Positions 12,023 to 40,601 of a stretch of 64,000 nt of DNA are shown here, piece by piece. Source of the DNA: Macrostomum lignano (taxonomy: Eukaryota); contig NIVC01000517.1 of the NCBI GenBank assembly GCA_002269645.1, positions 275,043 to 339,042 on the forward strand, given 5' to 3'. The notes beneath the pieces are model-generated. The model had not been told where the DNA came from and made no database searches. It saw only the letters and a list, made by a program, of their open reading frames with translations. The translations under genes were made by a program, and so were the position numbers. Position 1 is the first letter of the stretch. The number at the start of each line of letters is the position of its first letter.

Positions 12023-13317
12023 GTCGCGTGGATTGACTCTAGCATCGAGTTAATTGGACTTTATATAATACTAATAACTAATAATTATTTTAGCGACATA
12101 TATAGGCTTTACCAAAACGAACTTGCAACTAGGTACTTAGTAGTAGTACAAAAAAATGAAAAAGCGCGAACTGCGATCACTGCTTTGAATAAACCATCCT
12201 GTTCTGTTTCTGTTAATCATTTTGCTTTCTATCCTTTTTAATAATTAGGCCGAACTTATTCAAATTTTGTTAGTTTTCTAATGCGTGGTTCTCCTGTCGC
12301 ACAATATTCTGACATCCTTGATACACTTTTGTAGTGTTAGATTTCGAATAAAATAGTTGGCACCATTGTGTAGTTTTTAGCTGGCAATAAATGTATTAAC
12401 TTTACTAATTAATGAATGAAGAAACTTGTGGACTTGCCTCTCAACTCAAAGAAAACACAAATTACTGGATTTAAATAACTTTTACAACTAATTTACTGTT
12501 TTGTGCGTATTTAAAAAAATAATATCTTGGACGCACTTGTGGTGGATAAAATGTTAAATTATGATACCGATTTTTTGCCTTCGTGTTTAATCTCTTGTCA
12601 ATTTCCACGAAAAGATAAAGTCTCCAGTAAAATAAGCAAGTCACTTAAAAGTAAGTATTTTTTAGCATCTTCATTAATTAAAACTGTGTTTTTCAGTGTA
12701 TATATACTGAAACTCATTATTGAACACAGAAAAATCTCTGGGATAAACACTCTGTGGGAGTACATGCAAACTTGTTACTGCTTGTCTTGACACAAAACAG
12801 CACGAAGCATACATTGCAATAGGTTGTTGATATAATAGGTTCGAGTGCCTCCGGCTTAGGTTCCATTTGGCACCAAATTAAAACTTGATTTTCTTAGAAA
12901 CTGATCATTGCTTCTGCGCATTCAGAACTTCATTCTTTTAAAACTGAATAAAGGATAAAGTTAAAAGGCTAAACCTGAATAGAACTTTAAGGTATTATAG
13001 GAGCGTATGGTAACAATAGTAATGAAATTAAAAAAAGCAGCAACACACCGCATCGGCTCTGTTGATCTTCTATGGCAGCTTCTTATGAATAACTATGAGA
13101 TTGAGAACCTTCCCTTGGATACTTTACTCCACAGAAAAGAACCCTTAAAGATCCCTGCAACATTGGGGTTTAAAGGGTGCTTAAGAAACAGGCGACAGAG
13201 AGCTAGCTACATATTACGTAATAAGGGTGACAAAGGTCAAGGCAACTACAACGTTCCGCATCAGTAGTATCTACAGTTGCAAAGTAGTATCAATTCGCAA
13301 ACAATCGCGGTCCATTC

Positions 13318-16300
13318 TTAAAACTGAAAGGCCAGCAGCATGTGGCAGAACGTGTCCGCCACGAACAGCCGCCTGCCGACAGAGTCGAACGCCACCCCGT
13401 AGATGAACGGTGGCTTGCCGCGGCTGGCGCCGCCAAGTCTCAGGCCGGCCAGAAATCCGGCCGGGCCGCTGTCCGAGGAGCTGGACGACTCAGCGTCTTC
13501 GTCCTCGTCGTCGTCGTCGTCTTCGTCTTCATCGTTGGCGCCGGAGAAGGCGGCGGCGGCCGCAGCGCCAGCCGAAGAGTCTCCGGCCGCAGAGGCGAGT
13601 CGTCTTGGATTTCTAGGAATGGTGACGGAGTGCAGCTTGTGCGCCATCGCTGCGTCAAATATCTGGACTTTGCGCTCGTTAGTGAGGCTGATGAACAGGT
13701 TGCCGGTGGAGTCGGAGGTCAGGGTGAACGGCTTGCCTGAGGGAGAGATTGATTTGGTTTTGATTGATTTGAAATCGTCATTCACCACTACCGAGAATCG
13801 CCATTCACTAATACCGAGAATCGCCATTCACTAATACCGAGAATCGCCATTCACTAATACCGAGAATCGCCATTCGATATCACCAATACCGAGAATCGCC
13901 ATTCACTAATACTGATAATCGCCATTCACTAATACTGAGAATCGCCATTCACCACTACCGAGAATCGCCATTCACTAATACCGAGAATCGCCATTCACTA
14001 ATACTGATAATCGTCATTCACTAATACTGAGAATCGCCATTCACCACTACTGAGAATCGCCATTCACTAATACTAAGAATCGCCATTCACTAATACTGAT
14101 AATCGCCATTCACTAATACTGAGAATCGGCATTCGCCACTACTGAGAATCGGCATTCACTAATACTAAGAATCGCCATTCACTAATACTGAGAATCGCTA
14201 TTCACCACTGCTGATAATCGCCATTCACTAATACTGATAATCGCCATTCACTAATACTGAGAATTACCATTCACACTACCGAGAATCGCCATTCACCACT
14301 ACTGATAATCGCCATTCACTACTACTGATAATCGCCATTCACTAATACTGAGAATCGCCATTCACCAATACTAAGAATCGCCATTCACCAATACTGAGAA
14401 TCGCCATTCACCAATACTGAGAATCGCCATTCACCAATACTGAGAATCGCCATTCACCAATACTGAGAATCGCCATTCACCAATACTGAGAATCGCCATT
14501 CACCAATACTGAGAATCGCCATTCACCAATACTGAGAATCGCCATTCACCAATACTGAGAATCGCCCAGTCTCACCCTCCAATGCGACCTCGCGCAGCAG
14601 GGCCCGACTCTGTCTATCGAACACGAACGCCTTGGAGTGGTCCCGATCCGTCACAACGATTCGATTATCCGACGCCAGAACCGAGTGCAGATCGGTGGAA
14701 AAGCCGTCGTGAGTGAGGCTGCCCTTCGGCTCCAGAGTTTCCACGTGGAACATCTGCACTCGCTTGTTGTCGCTGTCCACAACGTAGAGTACATCGTCGT
14801 GCACGTAGGCGCTCATTGGCTGACGGAATTGGCTCGGCCCGGTGCCGCTGCCGCCAACTTTGCGGACTAACCGGCCGGTCATGTCGTATTGGCAGACCTA
14901 ATAAGTGTGTTCAATATTTAAAGCACTTTTCGATACATATCGGCAATGGTAAAATTACATTTCCACGGCGTTAATTAAAAAAGCAAGTTTCCTAAATATT
15001 TAGTCTATATAAATATATTTTTCAATATATATCGGCAACTGAAATATCGATTTTCAAACTGCATGTAGCTTTATCGGCCATTTTAATTCAACCTACATGT
15101 AGCTTTAGTATCATAAACCCTTTTTCGATACATATCGTAAAATTGAATATCGATAATTCAAACTACATGTAGCTTTAATAAAATAAAGCATGTTTTTCGA
15201 AACATTTCAACAACTTAAATATCGATTTTCAACCTACATGTAGCTTTAGTATCATAATAACCTGCTTTCGATACCTATCTGCAACTTAAATATGATTTTT
15301 AACTTATATGTAGCTTTAGTATCATAAAAAACCTGCTTTCGATACATATCGGCAACTTAATTATCAATTTTCAACCTACATGTAGCTTTAGTATCATAAT
15401 AACCTGCTTTCGATACCTATCTGCAACTTAAATATGATTTTCAACTTACATGTAGCTTTAGTATCAAAGAAAAACCCGCTTTCGATACATATCGGGAACT
15501 TAATTATCAATTTTCAACCTACATGTAGCTTTAGTATCATAAAAACCTGCTTTCGATACATATCGGCAACTTAAATATGATTTTCAACCTACATGTAGCT
15601 TTAGTATCATAAAAAACCTGCTTTCGATACATATCGGCAACTTAATTATCAATTTTCAACCTACATGTAGCTTTAGTATCATAAAAACCTGCTTTCGATA
15701 CATATCGGCAACTGAATCATCAATTTTCAACCTACATGTAGCTTTAATATCATAGAAAAACCCGCTTTCGATACATATCGGGAACTTAATTATCAATTTT
15801 CAACCTACATGTAGCTTTAGTATCATAAAAAACCTGCTTTCGATACATATCGGCAACTTAAATATGATTTTCAACCTACATGTAGCTTTAGTATCATAAA
15901 AAACCTGCTTTCGATACATATCGGCAACTTAATTATCAATTTTCAACCTACATGTAGCTTTAGTATCATAAAAACCTGCTTTCGATACATATCGGCAACT
16001 GAATCATCAATTTTCAACCTACATGTAGCTTTAATATCATAGAAAAACCCGCTTTCGATACATATCGGGAACTTAATTATCAATTTTCAACCTACATGTA
16101 GCTTTAGTATCATAAAAAACCTGCTTTCGATACATATCGGCAACTTAAATATGATTTTAAACCTACATGTAGCTTTAGTATCATAAAAACCTGCTTTCGA
16201 TACATATCGGCAACTTAAATATGATTTTCAACCTACATGTAGCTTTAGTATCATAATAACCTGTTTTGATACATATCGGCAACGCTAACACACTAACCTT

Positions 16301-18257
16301 GCACCGGCTATGATCCACCGTAAAGATAAGCTGTCGCTCATCGCACACAAATATTGTGCCCGGCAATCGGCCATCTTTAATAGCCAATCGGATCCGGGCA
16401 ACCTCGCGCAGCTCTCTATCGAACACGTGCAGCCGTTTCGTTTTGAAGCCTTTGTAGTTGACAATCAGGCAGGGCGATGGCAGGGGCTGATGCTCGCCGC
16501 TGCTACCGCTGCTGTCACCGTCCTGCTGCTGCATACGAATCTCGCCGTCGGGCGTGTACCACAGGCCGCTGGTGTTGGCCAGCAGGCCGAAGTCCCAGGG
16601 CTCCAGAGAGCCAGTCCGGTGCAGCCGGACCGGCCGCAGCTCCGGCTGATTGGCGGCCGGGTACGGCCGGATCACCAGGTCGACGCCGGCCTGGGCCAGC
16701 AGCGCGGCGAATCCCGACGACAGCGCGTCCGGTTCGCTTCGGCGGGACAGCTCGAAATCCGCGGCCGCCGCTTCGGATGAAGTCGGCGAGACGAGTCGGG
16801 CGAGAAGTTCGGCTGCGCGCGACTCGCCCATGCGGAGGGAGGCGAGGGCCTCCTCGGACAGTGGGGCGGCGGCCGCGGCGGCAGCAGCGGACGGCGACGA
16901 TTTGATGGCCGATTGGGCGTCGAGGAGTCGGCGAAGTTCAGTAGCGCCGGAGCGCGCCTGAGAGTGGCGCTCGGCAGCGGCGGCGAGCAAGCGCTCCGCC
17001 TCTGCGCGAACCTGCAGACAGCGATTGTGGGGAGATTTTCAAGGGGCGATTCTTTAAAAGCGAATCTTTAGAGGAGATTCTTCAGTGGCGATTCTTCAAG
17101 GGCGATTCTTCAGATGCGATTTTCAGGAGCGATTCTTGAGAAGCAATTATTCAGGGGCGATTTTTCAGAGGCGATTCTTCAGGGGCGATTTTTAGGAGCG
17201 ATTCTACAGGGGCAATTTTTTAAGGGCGATTTTTCAAGGGCGATTTTACAGAGGCGATTTTCAGGAGCGATTTTTTAGGGGCGAATCTTCAGGGGCGGAT
17301 TCTTCAGTGGCGATTCTTCAGTGGCGATTCTTCAGGGGCAATTCTTCCGGGGCGATTCTTTAGAAGCGAATTTTAGGAGTAATCCTTAAGAGGCGGTTTT
17401 TAGGAGCGCTTTTTCAGAGGCCATTCTTCCGGGGCGATTCTTCAGAAGCGATTTTTCAGGGGCGATTTTACAGGGGCGATTCTTCAGGGGCAATTTTTCA
17501 AGGGCGATTTTTCAAGGGCGATTTTATAGAAGCGATTTTCAGGAGCGATTCTTTTAACGCGATTTTCAGGAGCGATTCTTCATGGGCAATTCTTCAGTGG
17601 CGATTCTTCCAGGGCGATTCTTTAGAAGCGATTTTCAGGAGTAATCCTTTAAAGGCGGTTTTTAGGAGCGCTTTTTCAGAGGCCATTCTTCCGGGGCGGT
17701 TCTTCAGAAGCGATTCTTTAAGACCGATTTTTAGGAGCGATTTTTATGGCGATTCTTATGAGCGATTCTTCAGGGGCGATTCTTGAAAGAAGATTTTTTA
17801 AGACAACTTTGCAGTGATTCTCCACTGATTGATTTAACGGCAATTTTTTGTCATTCAGAAATAGGAGCTCCTCTCACCTTCTCCAGCTCTCTAGCAGCCT
17901 CGGCGTGCCGCTCATTGAGCTGCTGGCTGAGCCGGTCTCGCCACTGCGCCAGCTCCGTCTCCGCCTCTGTCAGCAGTCGGCGACGCTCCTCGTCGACGCG
18001 TTCGCCGTCGTCGGCGAGTCGGGTGAGCCGCTCGTGCAGACTCTCGCAGCGCTTCATGGCCGCCGCTGTAGCCGTCGCCGCAGCCGCCTGTTCATCAGTT
18101 CCGTTGCCGTCAGCGCCCGATGCGTCATTGGAGTCGATGGTGCGGCCGAGACAGTCGGCGCAGCGGGCCCGCTCCAGACTGGGCTGCGACGACTGCGACC
18201 GGATGTGCTCGCGAAGCACCTGGTAGAGGGGGCGGTGCGGAACTTGTATGGCTGAAC

Positions 18258-18290
<33 letters not shown>

Positions 18291-18291
18291 C

Positions 18292-18346
<55 letters not shown>

Positions 18347-18427
18347 CACAGACAGAAAGACAGACAGACAGACAGACAGACACACAGACAGACAGACAGA
18401 CAGACACACAGACAGACAGACAGACAC

Positions 18428-18486
<59 letters not shown>

Positions 18487-18601
18487 CACAGACAGACAGA
18501 CAGGCAGACAGACAGGCAGGCAGGCAGACAGACAGACAGACAGACAGACAGACACACAGACAGACAGGCAGACAGACAGGCAGGCAGACAGACAGGCAGG
18601 C

Positions 18602-18634
<33 letters not shown>

Positions 18635-18637
18635 GGC

Positions 18638-18674
<37 letters not shown>

Positions 18675-18791
18675 GGCAGGCAGGCAGACAGACAGACAGA
18701 CAGAAAGACAGGCAGACAGACAGACAGACAGACACACAGACAGACAGGCAGACAGACAGGCAGGCAGGCAGGCAGACAGACAGACAGACAC

Positions 18792-18866
<75 letters not shown>

Positions 18867-18877
18867 CACAGACAGAA

Positions 18878-18922
<45 letters not shown>

Positions 18923-19049
18923 CACAGACAGACAGGCAGACAGACAGACAGGCAGACAGACAGGCAGGCAGGCAGACAGACAGACAGACAGACAGGCAGA
19001 CACACAGACAGACAGGCAGACAGACAGGCAGGCAGACAGACAGGCAGGC

Positions 19050-19080
<31 letters not shown>

Positions 19081-19083
19081 GAC

Positions 19084-19124
<41 letters not shown>

Positions 19125-19145
19125 CACAGACAGACAGACAGACAC

Positions 19146-19180
<35 letters not shown>

Positions 19181-19275
19181 CACAGACAGACAGGCAGACA
19201 GACAGGCAGGCAGACAGACAGACAGACAGACAGACAGGCAGGCAGACAGGCAGGCAGACAGACAGACAGACAGGC

Positions 19276-19336
<61 letters not shown>

Positions 19337-19369
19337 GGCAGGCAGGCAGGCAGACAGACAGACAGACAT

Positions 19370-19412
<43 letters not shown>

Positions 19413-19757
19413 CTAAAAGCCACCAACCTGCAGGGCATTAAACAGTTTGCCAGTGGCGTAGTCCCGCTTAACTTCGTCGGCGTTGACCTTCTGGCCGCAT
19501 TCGGGGCACTGCGCGGCGTCACCATCCGCGCTGCGCAGCTGCTGTGCGCACGCCTCGCACAGGCAGTGGCCGCATTTGGTTACCATGGGCGTGTCGGCCA
19601 GATTGCGGCATTTAACGCAGGTGCACTTTCTGGTGAGCTCCTCCAGCATGCGGTGCTGGGTGTACATGCCGCCACCGCCGCCGTTGCCGCGGCTTGAGGA
19701 GGCAGCCGAGCTCGAGTTGCCAAGCCGCAGCTTCTTAGCGTGACAAATTTCGGCCAT
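13318..19757 (-). CDS. RING / coiled-coil / NHL-repeat protein (TRIM-NHL-like E3 ligase), 5 exons, about 708 aa
   Basis: Exons 19757-19428, 18219-17878, 17011-16298, 14897-14576, 13736-13318; all GT-AG and phase-compatible (2127 nt). C3HC4 RING (CVKC...CGHCLCEAC...CPEC), heptad helix, NHL blades ([13 protein letters not shown]...[14 protein letters not shown]; [17 protein letters not shown]; [15 protein letters not shown]). The exon-2 acceptor is the least certain site. Confidence 0.85.
13790..14566. repeat. 23-bp minisatellite (GAGAATCGCCATTCACTAATACT)n filling TRIM intron 4
   Basis: More than 30 tandem units between the donor (14575) and acceptor (13737). Confidence 0.95.
15030..16285. repeat. 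71-bp minisatellite with a higher-order period of about 287 bp, TRIM intron 3
   Basis: TTCGATAC recurs at 15481, 15552, 15623; the CCCGCTTTCG variant recurs near 15481, 15767, 16054. Confidence 0.92.
17030..17790. repeat. Degenerate 18-19 bp repeat (AGGGGCGATTCTTC core), TRIM intron 2
   Basis: Tandem GGCGATT units throughout the intron. Confidence 0.9.
18263..19411. repeat. (GACA)n/(GGCA)n microsatellite, TRIM intron 1
   Basis: About 1.15 kb tetranucleotide run. Confidence 0.98.
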
Positions 19758-19849
19758 TCCTGTGCTATGTATTTTTAATTGGGTTTGCTTTACTTCAAGT
19801 CCGTTGTACGCTTGAGTTGCATGCAGTTTAACGAAGTAATTTGTAGCGC

Positions 19850-21810
19850 ACTGATCTATAGAGTTTATAATGATCTATAGAAACCTGAGTGATCTATAGA
19901 AACCTGAGTGATCTATAGAAACCTCACAATGACCTATAGAAACCGCACAATGATCTATACAAACCTCACAATGATATATAGAAACCGCACAATGATCTAT
20001 AGAAACCGCACAATGATCTATACAAACCTCACAATGATATATAGAAACCGCACAATGATCTATAGAAACCTCACAATGATCTATAGAAAACTCACAATGA
20101 TTTATAGAAAACTCACAATGATCTATAGAAACCTCAGAATGATCTATAGAAATCTCACAATGATCTATAGAAATCTCACAATGATCTATAGAAATCTCAC
20201 AATGATCTATAGAAATCTCACAATGATCTATAGAAAACTCACAAAGATCTATAGAAACCTCACAATGATCTATAGAAACCTCACAATGATCTATAGAAAC
20301 CTCACAATGATTTATAGAAAACTCACAAAGATCTATAGAAACCTCACAATGATCTATAGAAACCTCACAATGATTTATAGAAAACTCACAATGATCTATA
20401 GAAAACTCACAAAGATCTATAGAAACCTCACAATGATCTATAGAAACCGCACAATGATCTATAGAAACCTCACAATGATCTATAGAAACCTCACATTGAT
20501 CTATAGAAACCTCACATTGATCTATAGAACCCTCAGAATGATCTATAGAAACCTCAGAATGATCTACAGAAATCTCACAATGATCTATAGAAACCTCAGA
20601 ATGATCTATAGAAACCTCACAATGATCTATAGAAACCGCACAATGATCTATAGAAACCTCACAATGATCTATAGAAATCTCACAATGATCTATAGAAACC
20701 TCACAATGATCTATAGAAACCTCACAATTATCTATAGAAACCTCACAATGATCTATAGAAACCTCACAATGATCTATAGAAACCTCACAATGATCTATAG
20801 AAACCTCACAATTATCTATAGAAACCTCACAATGATCTATAGAAACCTCACATTGATCTATAGAAACCTCACATTGATCTATAGAACCCTCAGAATGATC
20901 TATAGAAACCTCAGAATGATCTACAGAAATCTCACAATGATCTATAGAAACCTCAGAATGATCTATAGAAACCTCAGAATGATCTACAGAAATCTCACAA
21001 TTATCTATAGAAACCTCAGAATGATCTACAGAAATCTCACAATTATCTATAGAAACCTCAGAATGATCTATAGAAACCGCACAATGATCTATAGAAACCG
21101 CACAATGATCTATAGAAACCTCACAATGATCTATAGAAACCTCACAATTATCTATAGAAACCTCACAATGATCTATAGAAACCTCACATTGATCTATAGA
21201 AACCTCACATTGATCTATAGAACCCTCAGAATGATCTATAGAAACCTCAGAATGATCTACAGAAATCTCACAATGATCTATAGAAACCTCAGAATGATCT
21301 ATAGAAACCTCAGAATGATCTACAGAAATCTCACAATGATCTATAGAAACCTCAGAATGATCTACAGAAATCTCACAATGATCTATAGAAACCTCAGAAT
21401 GATCTATAGAAACCTCACAATGATCTATAGAAATCTCACAATGATCTATAGAAACCTCACAATGATCTATAGAAATCTCACATTGATCTATAGAAACCTC
21501 ACATTGATCTATAGAACCCTCAGAAAGATCTATAGAAACAAACCTTAAAATGATCTACAGAAATCTCACAATGATCTATAGAAACCTCACAATGATCTAT
21601 AGAAACCTCAGAATGATCTATAGAAACCTCAGAATGATCTATAGAAATCTCACAATGATCTATAGAAATCTCACAATGATCTATAGAAATCTCACAATGA
21701 TCTATAGAAACCTCACAATAATCTATAGAAACCTCACAATGATCTATAGAAACCTCACAATGATCTATAGAAACCTCACAATGATCTATAGAAACATTAC
21801 AATGATCTAT
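19850..21810. repeat. 21-bp minisatellite (ATGATCTATAGAAACCTCACA)n, about 2 kb
   Basis: About 90 tandem units; the 546-aa MIYRNLT ORF arises from the unit length. Confidence 0.97.
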
Positions 21811-23318
21811 AAGACATTAAATATATCATTTGATAATCTGTTAGTGATAATCATCTTCCAAGTTTAATCCTAGTCCAATCTATGATAATCCCAATCCCAT
21901 CTCATTCGAATCTATGATAAGGTAAGAACAAAGAAAGCAAATATAGACTTAATAAAACCGAGTCGCAATCCGATATACCTAAACATCAAAACGAACAAAT
22001 TTATATTGAAACAAAGTTATTTTTTTGCATCGAAAATGCCAGGCATGGAACTGGTCGAATTATATGCATTAATTAACTGATTAATTAATAAGTATTAGCA
22101 ACAGAGTTGGTACAAAACAAATATAATAAAAAGACACGAATGAAAAAACAGCAAAAGTAAATCTGATATAGGAATTTGTGAGCACACAAAGCATGCATAG
22201 CAACTATAAATTACATTAGGTAGCTAATGTAGAGCATTAATAACCAATCTATATTTTTCCATAAACGGCGATGGCACCGAGACAAGGCTAATAAAACAGT
22301 AACAAATAAACAAAAAAGCAATAAAGGAAGCTGATCGAGTGCATGCAAATTTTATTAGAAGGCAGCCAAATTCAAAATACAAAATTAGAAAAACAAAAAA
22401 AACTGTTTTATATTTGAGATTTTTTTCATTTCAATATCGATTGTGGACTTTTGAAAATAAAAAAGAATATATAAATGCCGCAGAGAACACACAACAATTT
22501 TAGTTCAGTTATAACAGTATGTAAATATTATACTACAAATAGTTGATGGTCTGTCAAGCGTATTGGTGAGACTTATTGTGAATAATTTCAAATATTTGTA
22601 AATAAAAAATACGGGTTGAAACCAACAGCATTTCATAATTTAATAACGAATGATGAATACTGACATTAATGCCAAAACAGTGTACAATAGTCAATAAGAG
22701 GCTATTATAGTTCAGCAGAGAAATAAGGGGAAGCGACAAAAAGCCACTTTTTGTACTATTATTTAAAAGTACATCAAAACTGATTATAAAGCACCTTTAT
22801 AAATACGATATAATCTGTGTTTTACTCTTTAACATGATGATATGTTTTTGGTGGTAGTTTAAGTACACGTAGACTATTAAAATTACATTTAGACTACTAG
22901 AAATACCATTGGATTATTAAAAGTACATTTAAACCACAAGAAGTACAAATTAGATTATTAAAAGTACATGCATGCTCCTACGAGTATAAGTAGAAATAGA
23001 CCACAAAAGTACACTTATGCTACTAAAGTACAAGAAGACTAGCAAAAGTACATAAACTATTAAAAGTACATCTAGACTACTAGAAGTAAACCTCTTCTTA
23101 CTCGTAAGCAAAAATAGATTTAGACTGCAGGCAGCACACTTAAAGCACTTAAAGTACAAGGGACCACTAGATTCTAAAATTAAAAAGTACATTTAGACTT
23201 ACTAAAAGCAAACTGAGATTATTAAAAGTACATATATACTATGCAGCATGTACATTCAAACATTATTTGGAGCTGTTACGCCAAACTCAGTTGTCTTGAG
23301 ATCTTGCAAAACAGATAA

Positions 23319-38003
<14,685 letters not shown>

Positions 38004-39721
38004 TGAATTACTATTTTTCCAAAATTCTGAAATACAAAATTATTCATTGTTAATTCAGAGTTTACATATTTATTTATTTAATGTAGAAAAAATTCAGGAC
38101 TAGTACTCATATATGGCCTTATAAAGTAAAAAATTGGAAAAAGAACAACATTTAGGGCATCTTGCTTTTTTACTAAAGAGAACTTTAATATAAATACTAA
38201 AACTAGTAGCTTAGTAATTTGCATTTTGAAAAGTATTTTTTCTATAGCCAGCAACATTGAATTTTAAGATCTTATTCTACTAACATTGTTTATCTTAATT
38301 GATATATATCAAAAATTATAAAACCTACTACTACTATATAATTAATTACTATATTCAAAGTTGAAAAAAACAGTTAACCTTAATAATCCTCCTTCCTTAA
38401 TTACAAACCAGGGGAAATGGTCCCATGGCCACTCCATTTTGTTATACCCGCCTGGCTGTCGGTACCCGGTATTTACCCGGCCTTCATCCGGTTTAATCCG
38501 TAATTTTAGACTTTTCTGGACGAAAATGAATTTTTATCCGGTTTTGATTCGGCAGTTCTTACCGGACTAACAAACGGAGGAAACTCCAGAGCAAAACCGG
38601 ATTAAAGTGTTTTTATTGGTTACATTTTATCCGGATTGTGTCCGATTCCTGCTCCGGTCGATCAGCGGATGAAAACCGGACTGCCAACCAGAATAAGAAG
38701 CAGATGAAAGTCGGATAAATCATAGCTTTCTACCCGGAGTTGATCCGGTTTTTTATCCGGCTGTGAATCCGTCTTACAGTGATAAAATCCCGGATAGTGA
38801 ACCGGACAAAATCCGGATGAGGGAGTTCACTTGAAGTGAAGTTCACGTGTTTTAAAATATAATATACCCGGGGAAAAAGATCCATTTTTATGCCATTTCC
38901 GTCCCCTTTCATGTCAGTTTTCAGCGCACAAGGCTCAAATACGGACCGGGAGAAGCAAAACGCGGACTGCGGCTCAAATACCTCGGAAAAGACTGCCGAG
39001 TGGACATGTGCCTGTTGTTTACTTCTGTACCCGAATCTATGAACCAGATGCCACTGGGCATCAATGTTGGCAGAAAGTTTTGTTGATTATGCCATTTCTA
39101 TTTATTGTACTGTTTACAATACCCATTGGAAATATATATATTTATTTATTTATACATGTGTATTTGCGTAAACTGTGCACGGATTATTACTAAAAAGTGT
39201 TCTTTTCTTTCATAAATAGGACAACTTTAGATTACATCATACAATTGAAGCAGTCGACAGGGGCTATCTATCTATCTGTCTCATCAAATGAAGACCTACT
39301 TGATTGATCCCGTGAAGGTCACTATAATTCCCTAGTTTCCTTTTGACTACCCTAAGTGCTTTTTTTGATCCAGGAGGTGATGTTAGCTTCTTACCCTACT
39401 ACGTTTCTTTCAAAATTTTTGTGCCAGTGTATACATATGAGGGCTGCCTTAGATCTATGTTTGCTACGACATTTCGTTCAGGTTGACTTTGATCGCTGAC
39501 TCAGATTTTGACTTTGACTTGACAGCTGATGCGTATAGTACTTGATGTGTTACCGCACGTCCTTTCGTATAGAAATGGAAATTCGGATAGGAATTGTAGA
39601 GTACACATCTACGTTGTTAGCTTTACGTAAGGATAGTTAGGCCGTATATGGCTAAACTATTCCTTATCATATTTTCTTGGCACACTAAGTTACTGCGGTA
39701 AAACATTTCCAGCGCATTCCA

Positions 39722-40396
39722 ATGGATGGCGATGAAATCAACCGCGGGCGTCGCGAGTACATGCGACAGTACATGCGCAAACGCAGAGCAGCTGCCCGAG
39801 GAGGACGTGGCTCGAGAACAGATTGTTCACGATCTCCGGTGCGTCCCAGCAGTGTTGGATCCCGGTCGGCCAACCCTGCCGAGGGCGCTACGTCAGTTGA
39901 TGACGAATCTGCTGCATCGCAGCGGGCCGAGTCTGGTGACGAATCAGCTGCATCGCAGCGGGCCGAGTCTGGTGACGAATCAGCTGCATCGCAGCGGGCC
40001 GAGTCTGGTGACGAATCTGCTGCATCGCAGCGGGTCGAGTCTGGTGACGAATCTGCTGCATCGCAGCGGGCCGAGTCTGATGACGAATCTGCTGCATCGC
40101 AGCGGGCCGAATCTGATGACGAATCTGCAGCATCGCAGAGGGTCGAGTCTGATGACGAATCTGCTGCATCGCAGCGGGCCGAGTCTGATGACGAATCTGC
40201 TGCATCGCAGCGGGCCGAATCTGATGACGAATCTGCAGCATCGCAGAGGGCCGAGTCTGATGACGAATCTACTGCATCGCAGCGGGCCGAGTCTGATGAC
40301 GAATCTGCTGCATCGCAGCGGGACGAGTCTGATGACGATCGCCAAGGTCATCTAGCCGACGATGGCAGTGGTAAGACGTATTTTTGGACTGTTTAG
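39722..40396 (+). CDS. Element ORF1: basic helical N-terminus plus 12 copies of a 12-aa acidic repeat; possibly a truncated transposase 5' exon
   Basis: RREYMRQYMRKRR, then (DESAASQRAES[G/D])x12 from a frame-preserving 36-bp unit; strong donor G|GTAAGA at 40370/40371 with no clear partner exon. Confidence 0.55.
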   Translation: MDGDEINRGRREYMRQYMRKRRAAARGGRGSRTDCSRSPVRPSSVGSRSANPAEGATSVDDESAASQRAESGDESAASQRAESGDESAASQRAESGDESAASQRVESGDESAASQRAESDDESAASQRAESDDESAASQRVESDDESAASQRAESDDESAASQRAESDDESAASQRAESDDESTASQRAESDDESAASQRDESDDDRQGHLADDGSGKTYFWTV

Positions 40397-40601
40397 CAGA
40401 TTCAGAATTCAGTGCACAAACTAATCGGTCAATCGGTGGACTATTAAACATGCATCTGCATTGCGCCGTTAATCATCCAATATGGATTCTGCCACTGAAT
40501 TTACTACACACAAATATTTCCACGTATGAAAGTATATAGATAATTTCGTTTCATTGAATACAATTTTAATCTTTAATTACATGAACAACTTCAGCAACAA
40601 G

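Noticed and set aside
12015-12030. Perfect donor-like AA|GTAAGT overlapping the cytochrome c stop
   Set aside because: The protein is already full length at EATK*, and the nearest acceptor would give an implausible extension.
13790-14566. Idea that TRIM intron 4 arose by tandem duplication of coding sequence (RFSVLVNGD-like frames at both ends)
   Set aside because: A strong G|GTGAGA donor and CTCCCTCAG|GC acceptor outside the array give a clean NHL blade (ALEGKPFTL), so the array is wholly intronic.
15030-16285. CRISPR-like appearance of regularly spaced palindromic units (also the 32-bp array)
   Set aside because: No unique spacers, eukaryotic intronic context and no cas genes.
17851-19697. 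Long SVCL/RQTD ORFs here and at 25960-27366, 56904-57248 and 61196-62480
   Set aside because: Translations of (GACA)n introns; only the flanking exon portions are real.
19908-21867. 546-aa and 105-aa (MIYRNLT)n ORFs
   Set aside because: A 21-bp unit keeps one frame open automatically; there is no unique coding sequence, splice context or codon-position pattern of variants.
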